Assembly (NCBI GenBank): GCA_944392265.1 | Contig: CALXWC010000001.1 | Span: forward strand, 32,237-96,236 | DNA: 64,000 nt | Reading direction: 5' to 3' | From: an uncultured Alphaproteobacteria bacterium | GTDB lineage: Bacteria > Pseudomonadota > Alphaproteobacteria > RF32 > CAG-239 | In this document: piece after piece, positions 31,722 to 41,773 of the stretch | Position numbering within the stretch: the stretch's first letter is position 1 | How the letters are laid out: every line of letters starts with the position of its first letter | Notes under the pieces: model-generated | What the model saw: the letters and a program-made list of their open reading frames with translations, nothing else | Told to the model about the DNA's origin: nothing | Databases searched by the model: none | Made by a program: the position numbers and the translations under genes

Positions 31722-33662
31722 TTACTTTTTCTCTGCTTCAACTTCTGTTTTTTCTTCAGTTTCTTCTTTTTTGCGACCTCTCAAATTAGCCAAGAATTGG
31801 GCTTCCATCTTCATATATTGTGTTAACAACCAACGAGATTGGAATAAAACAATTACCGTACCGCAAAGCATTAAAAGAATAACCTCAACATTTTCGGTTA
31901 AAAAGTGATGCACAACCGTTACAATGAAAAAGCAGATAATCAACAAGCGCAAGCTTGTCATTACCGCCAAGGGCAAACGATTGCTTTTTTTGGCCATCCA
32001 TAATTTATAATAAATCTTAGCCAACACACTGTTTGAAACAAAGAAGTTGCGCACATTTTCTACATTTGCAGCCCAACCGTTGCAAAAATCAAATTTATCT
32101 TCCAGCTTTTTAACCACGCCTTCTTTTTCTTCCTCTGCCACCGGTTCTTCAGCCTTTGGCTTTTTCCAGAAGAAAAGGTATCTGATGGTACCAATAATAA
32201 AGCTTGGCAAAATGGCTTCCCAACCGATAAGCGCTTTTAAGAACGGAGACATTAACACCAAGGTAATTGCCGTGGTTGTGATGCGTCCCCATAACCCTGG
32301 GAACACAGCATGCATAAAGGGCTGAATATATGAGCCGGAAATAATGATAATGAAATATAAAATCATTGAAAACAGAACCAAGCGCAAGAAATAATTCTTA
32401 AACAACTCGCCCCACATTTTTTCTTCCGATGGTGTTGTGGTTGGAGCTTTTTCTGTTTTGTTAAAATATTCTGCCAACTTTGTCGGCATAATATTTATCA
32501 ACTTTTTATAAAACGGATCTGCCGCTTTTATCATCATCGGCGTAAAGAATGTGGTGATAACACATACTGCCACAATTATCGGATATACTTTTGCATCCAA
32601 AACATTTAAGCTCATGCCCAAAGAGGCTATAATGAAAGCAAACTCACCTACTTGAGCCAAAGAAAATCCACCGGAAATGGCAGTTTTAAGCGGCTGGCCG
32701 GAAATAATAAACCCTAAGCAAGATAAAGTTGTGTTACCAATCATCACAATGGCTGTGATAACCAAAATGGGTTGCGCATATTCAATAAACAATGCCGGAT
32801 TAACCATCATTCCCACTGAAACGAAAAATACCGCGCCAAAAAAGTCTTTTAACGGCTTGATGTTTTTTTCTATCCTATCAATCAGCTCTGTTTCAGATAA
32901 AATGGAACCCATTAAAAATGCACCCAATGCTGAAGAAAAGCCAAATCCGGTTGCAAGTAAGACCATACCAAAACACATACTAATCGTGATTAAGAGTAAC
33001 ATCTCATCATTTAAGTATTTGCTGATTTTTTCCAAAAATGTCGGTACCAAAGATATGCCGATAATAAAGCACAATATTAAGAAGAAAAACAATTTTGCGG
33101 CACTTATCAAAATCTTTCCGCCGTCAATTGAGCTTCCGACTGCCACCATAGGCAACAAAACTAACATCAAAATTCCAACCAAATCTTCAACCACCAAAAC
33201 GCCAAAAACGAGGTCTGTAAACTTTTGTTTTTTAATATTTAAATCTTCAAATGCCTTGATAATAATGGTGGTAGAGGACATGGATATCATACTACCCAAG
33301 AAGAAACTATCCATTGTGGACCAGCCTAACAACAAACCGGTACTATACCCGATAAAGAGCATAAACAAAACATTTGAATTTGCCGTTATCATGGCAGATT
33401 TTCCCACATTCATCATCTTCTTAAAGCTAAACTCCAGCCCTAAGCCAAAGAGCAAAAAGATTACCCCGATATCTGCCCACATTTGCAGATTTTCTTTATC
33501 ACTGACTGTCGGCACAAGGTTAAAGTATGGTCCGGCCAAAATTCCGGCTAAGACATATCCCAAAACAATGGGTTGTTTGAACTTTTTACAAAACAAAGTT
33601 GTCAAACCGGCATAAATTGTAATTAAGGTTAAATCTACAATCAGTGTGTGAATAGAGTGCAT
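31722..33662 (-). CDS. CPA2-family cation:proton antiporter (Kef-like)
   Basis: QPIVLGY, FGLGLEFS, SSTTIIIK, FFVSVGM and QVGEFAF. No C-terminal RCK domain seen. Confidence 0.92.
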   Translation of the reverse strand: MHSIHTLIVDLTLITIYAGLTTLFCKKFKQPIVLGYVLAGILAGPYFNLVPTVSDKENLQMWADIGVIFLLFGLGLEFSFKKMMNVGKSAMITANSNVLFMLFIGYSTGLLLGWSTMDSFFLGSMISMSSTTIIIKAFEDLNIKKQKFTDLVFGVLVVEDLVGILMLVLLPMVAVGSSIDGGKILISAAKLFFFLILCFIIGISLVPTFLEKISKYLNDEMLLLITISMCFGMVLLATGFGFSSALGAFLMGSILSETELIDRIEKNIKPLKDFFGAVFFVSVGMMVNPALFIEYAQPILVITAIVMIGNTTLSCLGFIISGQPLKTAISGGFSLAQVGEFAFIIASLGMSLNVLDAKVYPIIVAVCVITTFFTPMMIKAADPFYKKLINIMPTKLAEYFNKTEKAPTTTPSEEKMWGELFKNYFLRLVLFSMILYFIIIISGSYIQPFMHAVFPGLWGRITTTAITLVLMSPFLKALIGWEAILPSFIIGTIRYLFFWKKPKAEEPVAEEEKEGVVKKLEDKFDFCNGWAANVENVRNFFVSNSVLAKIYYKLWMAKKSNRLPLAVMTSLRLLIICFFIVTVVHHFLTENVEVILLMLCGTVIVLFQSRWLLTQYMKMEAQFLANLRGRKKEETEEKTEVEAEKK

Positions 33663-33761
33663 CTTTTTATCCTGAAAAAATATTATTTTGACGCTTTAGA
33701 AAATAGCTTAGATTGGTTGAAAAATTATTACTTTTTGAAGCTTTTTCAATATTTTTAAAAC

Positions 33762-33789
33762 AAAAAAGCACCCAAACGGGTGCTCTTTT
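33762..33789 (-). terminator. Intrinsic terminator
   Basis: Minus strand GAGCACCC-gttt-GGGTGC-T6. Confidence 0.7.
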
Positions 33790-33796
33790 ATTTTTT

Positions 33797-34918
33797 TCAA
33801 GCAAGTTCTGCCAAAATATTTTCTCTTGCTTGATTTTCCATAAGATTTTGGAAAAATTCGGTTTGGAAAATGTTTTCTCTGTCAATCAAGCTTTGTAGGA
33901 ATGATCGACGTTTTGCCTGATATTCCTCGTTGCTCACTGACTTATACTGGTTGCGAATATTTCGCTGATAAGCTCTTAGGACATTTACGCTGTTGCTTCC
34001 CAAAATGCTTAAGTCTAAATCAGCTATAAGCTTTGCAGCATTACATTCTCCGAAGCGATCGTGCTTGGTTGCCAAGACACATTTTTCAATAACTGACTTA
34101 TCCGCCATTTTGGGCAAATATTCAGCCATTGAGGAAAAAGACATTTCTTCATTATCCCGCCGTGTTTCATCCAGGATATAATCATGAATGAAAATTGAAA
34201 AAATAAGCTCTCTTGAAACACTACTCAAGTTTTTGTACCGAATCGCCAACAACTCTAACATATAGGCGATGTGAGAGAAGTTGTGATAAGCTCTTTTTTC
34301 ATAATTAGCCTTCAAATCAGCCCAGATTTTTGCTAAAATTTCAGGGTCATTCGGCCACCAAATTTGGAATGTCTTTTTGAAAAAAGCTTCCAAGTTTTTG
34401 CTTACCAATGCTTGATACGCAACTTCTGGAACAAAATTTCTGATTTTGAAAAAGCGCAGCTCAGCACATCTGTTTTTAATACGATTGGGAGAAAACATAA
34501 GCTTTGTGCTTTGTATATCATCCAACCCTTCACTAAAGAGCCAATCTTCATACATCGGGCGCAATATTCCGGATTGAGCAACCTTTTCCAGACCTTGACA
34601 ATAACCCGAGATAAAAATGCTATCATCACTATCACTGACAAAGCTGGCTTGCAAAGTTTGGCTATCTGAAATCTCAACCAAACAACGACTTAAATTTAAT
34701 GCCGATGTCGGATTTTTCTGCCGATAATCTTCAACCGCTCTTCTAATCAGATTTTTTCTTTCTTCTACGCTAAACAAATATTCTCGTTCAGGATAGTTAA
34801 TTATCTTAACTATGATTTTTTCACATTCAGCGGACAAAGCATCTATAATGTGCAAATAAACCGATGTGATTGGGTCAAATGCTCCGGCAAAAACCGCAAT
34901 TTTTTCTTTTCTTTCCAT
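33797..34918 (-). CDS. Degenerate CoaD (PPAT)-like domain fused to an HD-superfamily phosphohydrolase
   Basis: AVFAGAFDPIT..LFSVEER (CoaD-like) plus RAYHNFSHI, HD, ATKH and DLDLSILG (HD domain). Confidence 0.8.
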   Translation of the reverse strand: MERKEKIAVFAGAFDPITSVYLHIIDALSAECEKIIVKIINYPEREYLFSVEERKNLIRRAVEDYRQKNPTSALNLSRCLVEISDSQTLQASFVSDSDDSIFISGYCQGLEKVAQSGILRPMYEDWLFSEGLDDIQSTKLMFSPNRIKNRCAELRFFKIRNFVPEVAYQALVSKNLEAFFKKTFQIWWPNDPEILAKIWADLKANYEKRAYHNFSHIAYMLELLAIRYKNLSSVSRELIFSIFIHDYILDETRRDNEEMSFSSMAEYLPKMADKSVIEKCVLATKHDRFGECNAAKLIADLDLSILGSNSVNVLRAYQRNIRNQYKSVSNEEYQAKRRSFLQSLIDRENIFQTEFFQNLMENQARENILAELA

Positions 34919-35151
34919 TTTGCTTACTTTTAGAGTTAATAATATTCGATTCTATATTTTTTGACTATTTTGAGACAAAATATATATTTTTTTCGATTTT
35001 ACATAGGCTTTATAAAATAATTTTTTGTTACTCAACCCTTAGCAAAACTTGACTTTTTTGTCAATAAATATTTTTTATAGACTAAAAATATTGACAAAAC
35101 GCATTTTTTAGCATAATATGCAATTCAGTGTGAATATTGGGAGTTTGATAA

Positions 35152-35763
35152 ATGTATAATTTTGACGACACTAAGACCAAAGAACTGGAACAATTATTTG
35201 AAAAAAAAGATATTGTCAGTCTAGAAAACTTTATTGAAAAAAATATTGAATATAAAAAGATATATAGCTTATTAAAAGGTCGATTTTATTTTGACAGTAA
35301 TAATAAATTCCTTTTTAAGTTATCTCCTTCTTATCAATCTGCTTCTCTTATCTCTTTTCTTCCCGAAAAAAATCCTGTTTCTTCTTTTTCTCAACCAACG
35401 CAATATAATCTTGAAATCTTAATTATCAGACGCGATGTTAACGGTGAATTCCACCGTGCTGAACAAATGCACTTTGATGCTTCTGATAATATTAACTTTG
35501 TAGATTTAGAAGACGATGCTATCTTATTGGCAAACAAGAATAATCCTAAACAGCTCATTCGTCGCTATTTTAGAAATTCTTCTTCTCAAACCATTCCACA
35601 ATTGGAACTTATTTCACAAGATGATATTGATATGAAGAAACAACGTCTGATGCTCATCCGTGACGCTTATAAAAACAGATTTGACCCTTATCAGAGCAAA
35701 CAACCCTTGCGTCAGACATTATCCGTATTGAGCCAAGAAATTAAAAATATTCGAAATGCATAA
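35152..35763 (+). CDS. Hypothetical protein, 203 aa
   Basis: ORF with SD GGGAG, upstream TTGACA at 35091 and a downstream terminator. Confidence 0.75.
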   Translation: MYNFDDTKTKELEQLFEKKDIVSLENFIEKNIEYKKIYSLLKGRFYFDSNNKFLFKLSPSYQSASLISFLPEKNPVSSFSQPTQYNLEILIIRRDVNGEFHRAEQMHFDASDNINFVDLEDDAILLANKNNPKQLIRRYFRNSSSQTIPQLELISQDDIDMKKQRLMLIRDAYKNRFDPYQSKQPLRQTLSVLSQEIKNIRNA

Positions 35764-35791
35764 AAAAAGGCGGAACTTTTCCGCCTTTTTT
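35762..35791. terminator. Bidirectional terminator
   Basis: A7-GGCGGAA-ct-TTTCCGCC followed by a T-run. Confidence 0.8.
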
Positions 35792-35795
35792 ATTT

Positions 35796-37583
35796 TTAAC
35801 CAAAAACTTTTTTATCAAGTTTTTCAAGCTCATCTATATAATCAGATATCAGCTTCAAACCTTTGTTCCAGAATTTTGGATCATTAGGGTTTAAGGCAAA
35901 CGGCTTTAATAACTTATCATAATCGGTAATGGCCGTTTTTTCCAACATCTGTAAATATTTTGCCGGAAAATCTTTAACACTGCCGTCTTGGCTTACTTCA
36001 TACAAAGAGTTTACCAAACAATCTGCAAATGAATAAGCATATACATAAAACGGCAAGAAGAAAAAGTGTCCGACTTGTGACCAGATGTAAGCTGAATTTT
36101 CATCAACCCTAACATAAGGACCCAAGACATCTTTTTGAATCTCTACCCAAATATCGGCCAAACGCTTTTCTGAAAGTTCGCCTGTTTTTCTTTCTTCATG
36201 CGCTTTGGTTTCAAAGAAATGAAACGCAATTTGGCGGAAAGACGTGTTAATCATGTCATTTACTTTTGATGCAATCAGACATAACTTGGTTTTGTCATCT
36301 TTAATGTTTCTTAACATAGATTGAAATGTTATCATTTCACCAAAAACAGATGCCACTTCTTCAGAGGTCATTCTGGAGGTTTCATTCAAATCTCCGTTCT
36401 TTTGTCTTAAGCGCATATGACAACCATGACCAAGCTCATGAGCCAACGTCAACACATCATTTTCTTTGCCGACAAAGTTAAGCAACAAATATGGATGCTT
36501 TACACTGCTTGTTCCAGCTGCAAATGCTCCGCTTCTTTTTCCATCACGCGGAGGAACATCAATCCAGGCATTTTCAAAAAACGGTAATGCCGTTTCATAC
36601 AACTTTGGAGAAAACTCTTTATAAGCGTTTAAGACCGTATCTACGGCTTCTTTCCAGCTATAATGCAAATCTGCCGAAAACGGCAATGGTGCGTTTCTGT
36701 CCCAATATTCAATTTTATCAACGCCCAACCATTTTGCTTTTAATTTATAAAAGCGGTGGCTGATTTTCTTATAATTTGCTTTAACTGTTTCGGCCAAAGC
36801 ATCAACCACTTCGTCTTTAACATTTTCACTTAAATTGCGCTCTGAAACCGGACGTTTGTAGCCGCGTTTGTTATCTTCAATAGCCTTGTCTTTAATGACC
36901 ATATTATAAATAAAGGTAAACAAAGGTGCATTTTCTTTGCAAACACGATTTAATTCTTTGCCGGCCTTTTCTCTGGTTAGAGCATCTTTATCTTGCAACA
37001 ATTTAGAAATTTCGGCATCGTTATATTCTTTGCCATCTATAATAAATTTTAATCTGGAAGAATATTCTTCATACAAACGGACCCAAGCGGCAGATGATGT
37101 GACAGATTTTTCGAGCAACACCTCTTCCACTTCTTCTTTTAACTCGTGTTTCTTAAAACGCAAAACGCGCTCAAACCACGGTTTGTAAAAAGCAACTTTT
37201 TCATCTTTTAACCATGATTTGATTATTGCATCGGGAAGGTTATTAATTTCAAGCGTAAAGAACACTAATGGTTTTGCATATTCGGTTAAGGCTTCTGATG
37301 TATTTTGATAAAAAGCCATCGCCGCACCGTTTTTCATCTGTGTGCACATATTTAGGTAACCAAACTCACCCAAAATTGTGCCCAGAGTATCTAAATGCTC
37401 ATATTCTTGCAAAACTTTATATATTTCTTTTGCATCTAATTTTGCCAAGTTGCCTTTATATTTTTTGGCAAAATCTAAAGCTTTTTTCTTATATTCTGAT
37501 AAATCTTTTTTGATTTTTGGGTCTTCTATACCCTTATATAAATCAGATAAATCCCATGCAGGAAGTTCATTTTTTTTGCTCAT
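35796..37583 (-). CDS. pepF: M3 family oligoendopeptidase F
   Basis: LPAWDLSDLY, GKRSGAF, TLAHELGHGCH and FYVYAYSF. Confidence 0.93.
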   Translation of the reverse strand: MSKKNELPAWDLSDLYKGIEDPKIKKDLSEYKKKALDFAKKYKGNLAKLDAKEIYKVLQEYEHLDTLGTILGEFGYLNMCTQMKNGAAMAFYQNTSEALTEYAKPLVFFTLEINNLPDAIIKSWLKDEKVAFYKPWFERVLRFKKHELKEEVEEVLLEKSVTSSAAWVRLYEEYSSRLKFIIDGKEYNDAEISKLLQDKDALTREKAGKELNRVCKENAPLFTFIYNMVIKDKAIEDNKRGYKRPVSERNLSENVKDEVVDALAETVKANYKKISHRFYKLKAKWLGVDKIEYWDRNAPLPFSADLHYSWKEAVDTVLNAYKEFSPKLYETALPFFENAWIDVPPRDGKRSGAFAAGTSSVKHPYLLLNFVGKENDVLTLAHELGHGCHMRLRQKNGDLNETSRMTSEEVASVFGEMITFQSMLRNIKDDKTKLCLIASKVNDMINTSFRQIAFHFFETKAHEERKTGELSEKRLADIWVEIQKDVLGPYVRVDENSAYIWSQVGHFFFLPFYVYAYSFADCLVNSLYEVSQDGSVKDFPAKYLQMLEKTAITDYDKLLKPFALNPNDPKFWNKGLKLISDYIDELEKLDKKVFG

Positions 37584-38040
37584 TTTCACTTTCCTTTTTT
37601 GGTTGTTCTTTTGTTGTATCAGCTTTTACTTTTGAAAGTTCTTCCAGTTTTTGAATTTTTTCTATATTAGCATCATCATCTGCATTATCAACTTCGTCTT
37701 CAAAGAATTTTTCTTCCGGAATTTCGGGCGTAAAAATATAATTTGCCCAAGGGGTGTTTTGTTTTCCGTCCATCCATAAAGAAAAGCCTTTACCAATTAT
37801 CTTGGCATCACAAATCGTATTTTCTAAAATGTGCTTGATACCGCAGGTAAATTTGCTTTCTTTCGGGCAAGCCATTATATTTTCCGCCATTGCTTCCGTG
37901 CAAGGAATAAAGCCTCTTTTTTGGTAATCATATCTTGGAGAAAGAATGACCAATAAAAAAAACATAAATCCTATAAGCAGAATTAAGCTGATTAAAAATC
38001 CAAACCAGTATTCTTTCATAAAGTAATAAAGTTTTCTCAT
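37567..38040 (-). CDS. Hypothetical membrane protein
   Basis: One TM segment and a Cys-containing domain; overlaps both neighbouring genes in an operon. Confidence 0.75.
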   Translation of the reverse strand: MRKLYYFMKEYWFGFLISLILLIGFMFFLLVILSPRYDYQKRGFIPCTEAMAENIMACPKESKFTCGIKHILENTICDAKIIGKGFSLWMDGKQNTPWANYIFTPEIPEEKFFEDEVDNADDDANIEKIQKLEELSKVKADTTKEQPKKESENEQKK

Positions 38041-38768
38041 TTTTGGTTTCTTTCTTTATAAAGCTTTTCTAAAAGGGCTAATTCTTCTTGGGTATTAGCG
38101 GCAGAAGCTTCATAAACAGAACACTCGATTGCACTGCATTTCCAACCTTTCTTTAAGGCAATGCTGATTGCATCTGTCAGATAATATTCTCCGGCGGCGT
38201 TGTTATCTGAAATTTCATCCAAAATTTCAAACATTTTAGAACCGTCAAAACACATCATGCCTGAATTGCAGAACTTAATGGCTTTTTCTTCTTCCGTAGC
38301 GTCTTTAAATTCGACAATACGTTCAAGTTCACCGTTTTTCATAACCAAGCGGCCATATCTTGCGGCATCTTCCGGAACAAAGCCTACACAAACTACTGCA
38401 TAACCCTCACGGCGTTTTTGCAAAATCTTTTCAATTGTTTCGGTTGTATACAAAGGTTGGTCTCCAAAAATAACCAAAACATCTCCATCGAATCCTTTTA
38501 ATAAATCTCTGGCGCAGTTAACGGCATGTCCGGTTCCTAATTGTTTGTCTTGCACACAGGTTTTGTATGGAGCCACTTCTTTTTTTACCAAGTCTCCTTC
38601 CGGAGAAATAACCGTAATAATTTCGGAAACACCTGATTTTTCTAATGTATCAATAATATGTCTTATCATCGGCTTTCCGCAAACAGGCATCATAACCTTT
38701 GGTAAATCAGATTTCATTCTTGTTCCTTTACCGGCGCCCAAAATAACTGCCGCAACTTTTCTACTCAT
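38037..38768 (-). CDS. glmU: GlmU-like N-acetylglucosamine-1-phosphate uridyltransferase domain only
   Basis: ILGAGKGTRMKSDLPKV, QLGTGHAV, YGRL, IVEFKDA and GEYYLTD. Ends at 243 aa with no hexapeptide acetyltransferase domain. Confidence 0.85.
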   Translation of the reverse strand: MSRKVAAVILGAGKGTRMKSDLPKVMMPVCGKPMIRHIIDTLEKSGVSEIITVISPEGDLVKKEVAPYKTCVQDKQLGTGHAVNCARDLLKGFDGDVLVIFGDQPLYTTETIEKILQKRREGYAVVCVGFVPEDAARYGRLVMKNGELERIVEFKDATEEEKAIKFCNSGMMCFDGSKMFEILDEISDNNAAGEYYLTDAISIALKKGWKCSAIECSVYEASAANTQEELALLEKLYKERNQK

Positions 38769-38854
38769 CCTATTTCCTTTCTTTTATAATATTTTAATGA
38801 ATCTGAGTCTATTCTAGTATATGTATAATTTTTATTAACATTAAAGAGACTTTT

Positions 38855-40975
38855 ATGAGAAAACTTTTTTTTGCAATATGTTTCAGTTTTTATTGCTCTA
38901 CGGCAATTGCTGCTACTCGCGGTGTCTTGGATATTAATCAAGCACAAAATCAGGCTCAAGCTCTTAACTTTGAAGAACAACAAAAAATTAATGAAGAGCG
39001 AAGAAATTTAGCAAAAATGTCTAAAGAAGAAATGGATGATTATCTCCGCGAGCGTTTAGAAAATGTCGTTATTACCTCTCTTGACAATGATGATGGTTTA
39101 GGTGGAAACAGTTCTGTCAGCATACAAAAATCTGAAGAAGCTCTGGCTATGGAAAAAGAATCTCAAAAAGGATTTTTTGAACGCATTTATGATAATGCCA
39201 TGAGCAATCTCAAGAATACATCTAAACCTCGAGAAAAAGCACCTCTTTATACCGATGGAAAACTAATTCTTCCATCTGCAGCAGAACAAGCTCTGTATCG
39301 TCAATACCAAAATATTCAGGATAACAAACCTCAAGGCCCCGTTATTGAAACGAACCTTCCTCCTTTGAATGAAAAAGTTCTTATTCCGGCAATGGAACAT
39401 ATTCCTTATTATTTTTCTAAAATAGAAATTTTACCTGACGCCTTTGGCAAATTTACCGATACTATTGTTGTGGTTGCTAATAACAATAAAGTTAAAAACG
39501 GTATAACACGCGCCTTCCCCAAATATTTGCTTAACCGAGAAGGTCAAAGACAAAAATTATCCTATAACTTGATTGATGTAAAAATAAACGGAAAAGAAAT
39601 CCCTTATAAAATTGTTAATCGAGGAAATTATGTCTTTTTTGAACCGGAAATCGACCTTGGATTAACGCCAGGTGTTTATCAATTTTCTTTTGAATATACT
39701 ATCAATAATATCATCTTGGCTTATGATAATTTTGATGAATTTTACTGGAATATTACCGGAAACGTATGGAATTTGATTATAGCTCGTGCGGGCGCCGTTA
39801 TTGATTTTCCGCCACAGACTCAAATGCTTGGACAAATTGCCTTGACCGGATACCCTGGTGCTTGGAATGAGAATAATGTTGACTTTGTTGCCCATCCTAA
39901 TCAAAAAAATATTTTAGCTTTCAGTGCTAAAAATCCATTGTTTATCGGAGAAAGTGTTAACCTTATTGTTTCTGTTCCTAAAGGTAGTGTCAATATTCAA
40001 TCTTTTAACGGCAAGCTTTTGCAATTTATTAGTGAATACGGCAATATTTTATTTGCATTTTTAGGATTATTGGCCATTCTTGGGTCTTATTTACTTTCTT
40101 GGCGTGATTTTGAAAAAAATCCTCAAAAATATCAAAAAAACAGCACCAGAAACCCTTACTTAATGCGCTATGTGCTTAAAAATCATATCGATAACAAAAA
40201 TTTTGGTATTTTTCTTTTGGAACTATATCGCAAAAATATTATTGATATTGAAAAAAATGATGAAAATATTTTCTTGGTTAAAAAAACAGATAATTATTCA
40301 AGCTTGTCTAAAAATGAAAGAAAAGCCATGACGTACCTGTTTGCTAATCATGAAGCTATTCTTAATGTAAATCAAAACAATATGTTTAAGTTCAAAAAGG
40401 CCATGCAATATATCCTTAAAGAAAGTAAAAAGCAGGCTACATTTTTTAAGTTAAAACTCAATCTCCCTTATATTGCTTTTGGTCTTACTATGCTTATTTT
40501 AACACAGATGGCTATTTCTTTAATAGAAAGCGATTTTTCATATTATTTCTCTTTCTTTATGAGCATAGATGCGCTATTAATATTATTTATTAGCTTGTTA
40601 TTTATTCGCTTCAAAAGAAAATGGCTCAATATTTTATTAAAAACAGAGGCTATTCTTGCCATTGGCGGCACTGTCTTTTTCTTATTGGCAATTGTAAATC
40701 TGTCTTCTGCTTTATTGATTTTGGCATCAATGATTGCAATTTTCTTATTTGCCAATATTTTTTCTCAACCAGACTGTTTGTTAAATTCTGCGTTAATTAA
40801 TGCTCAAGGAATTTCTAAACACCTCAAGGAAAATAGTGATGTTATTGCTCTTGGAAATGAATTTTCTCGTAGTCAGGCAACTATTTTTGCTTTAGACTGT
40901 GAAGATGCTTATATTAAAGCACAACCTCATTCTAAGTTAGAAATGGTTCAAGAAATTATAAAGTTCATTAAATAA
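38855..40975 (+). CDS. DUF2207 family membrane protein
   Basis: GITRAFP and FDEFYWNITGNVW motifs, signal peptide and C-terminal TM segments. Confidence 0.75.
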   Translation: MRKLFFAICFSFYCSTAIAATRGVLDINQAQNQAQALNFEEQQKINEERRNLAKMSKEEMDDYLRERLENVVITSLDNDDGLGGNSSVSIQKSEEALAMEKESQKGFFERIYDNAMSNLKNTSKPREKAPLYTDGKLILPSAAEQALYRQYQNIQDNKPQGPVIETNLPPLNEKVLIPAMEHIPYYFSKIEILPDAFGKFTDTIVVVANNNKVKNGITRAFPKYLLNREGQRQKLSYNLIDVKINGKEIPYKIVNRGNYVFFEPEIDLGLTPGVYQFSFEYTINNIILAYDNFDEFYWNITGNVWNLIIARAGAVIDFPPQTQMLGQIALTGYPGAWNENNVDFVAHPNQKNILAFSAKNPLFIGESVNLIVSVPKGSVNIQSFNGKLLQFISEYGNILFAFLGLLAILGSYLLSWRDFEKNPQKYQKNSTRNPYLMRYVLKNHIDNKNFGIFLLELYRKNIIDIEKNDENIFLVKKTDNYSSLSKNERKAMTYLFANHEAILNVNQNNMFKFKKAMQYILKESKKQATFFKLKLNLPYIAFGLTMLILTQMAISLIESDFSYYFSFFMSIDALLILFISLLFIRFKRKWLNILLKTEAILAIGGTVFFLLAIVNLSSALLILASMIAIFLFANIFSQPDCLLNSALINAQGISKHLKENSDVIALGNEFSRSQATIFALDCEDAYIKAQPHSKLEMVQEIIKFIK

Positions 40976-41004
40976 AAAAAAAAGCCGCTTCCGCGGCTTT
41001 TTTT
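40974..41004. terminator. Bidirectional terminator
   Basis: A-run GCCGC-ttcc-GCGGC T-run. Confidence 0.8.
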
Positions 41005-41773
41005 ATTCCTCTCTTTGTTTATGATAAACATAATTCAAGTATTGATATATATGAGTCATAAAAGAAGCTTTTAAAAAAGCATCAAAAAAACCAACCATAT
41101 TAATTAATAAAGAAAAACAAAACTTAATCATTATACTTTCTGTTCTGAAAGCCAAAAATATTGTTCCTAATAAATTCATTGCAATTGCTGACGGAATAGC
41201 CATAACAATAAAGCCCAGAATAATTTTTACAATATTTCCTTTTGTCATTTCGGTTGAAAGCTTTAGCGTCATTTCTTTATTTTCGCTCGCTGTTGCAGGA
41301 AAAATAAGTATATATCGGCAACAAAATATAAAAGCAATAAGAGCAATTATTATGCCCATTTGAAATGCTATTCCTCTCTGTCCGGTCAATATAGTTACAA
41401 TGATGCCAAAAATTCCTGATAAAAAAGCAACTATTATTAAAAAAGCTAAAGACCATCCCATATATTTACATTCTATTTTTCCAAAACGTAAAGTAGATGG
41501 TAAACTTTCATTTAAAATAATCTTTCTAATCAGTGCAACTGACATAACTATTGAGGTTAAGTATGAAATAATTAAATATTCATACTTCCAAGAATTTTTT
41601 AAGCACTCTACATTATCCACTGTACACAGTGTTTGAAAACCGGCCAAATAATCAAAAACCACAACCAAAACCAACCAAGATAAGCTGAATTTTAACAGTA
41701 TATCTACATGAGCAAATACATATGCAAAACTTCTGCTTATGCACTCATTTAAAGGGAGTTTAATTATTTTCAT
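41003..41773 (-). CDS. Hypothetical multi-pass membrane protein
   Basis: About 6 TM segments; overlaps the upstream gene. Confidence 0.75.
   Translation of the reverse strand: MKIIKLPLNECISRSFAYVFAHVDILLKFSLSWLVLVVVFDYLAGFQTLCTVDNVECLKNSWKYEYLIISYLTSIVMSVALIRKIILNESLPSTLRFGKIECKYMGWSLAFLIIVAFLSGIFGIIVTILTGQRGIAFQMGIIIALIAFIFCCRYILIFPATASENKEMTLKLSTEMTKGNIVKIILGFIVMAIPSAIAMNLLGTIFLAFRTESIMIKFCFSLLINMVGFFDAFLKASFMTHIYQYLNYVYHKQREE

Noticed and set aside
32677-33615. 312-aa plus-strand ORF
   Set aside because: Antisense shadow of the hydrophobic CPA2 antiporter gene; no protein-like motifs.
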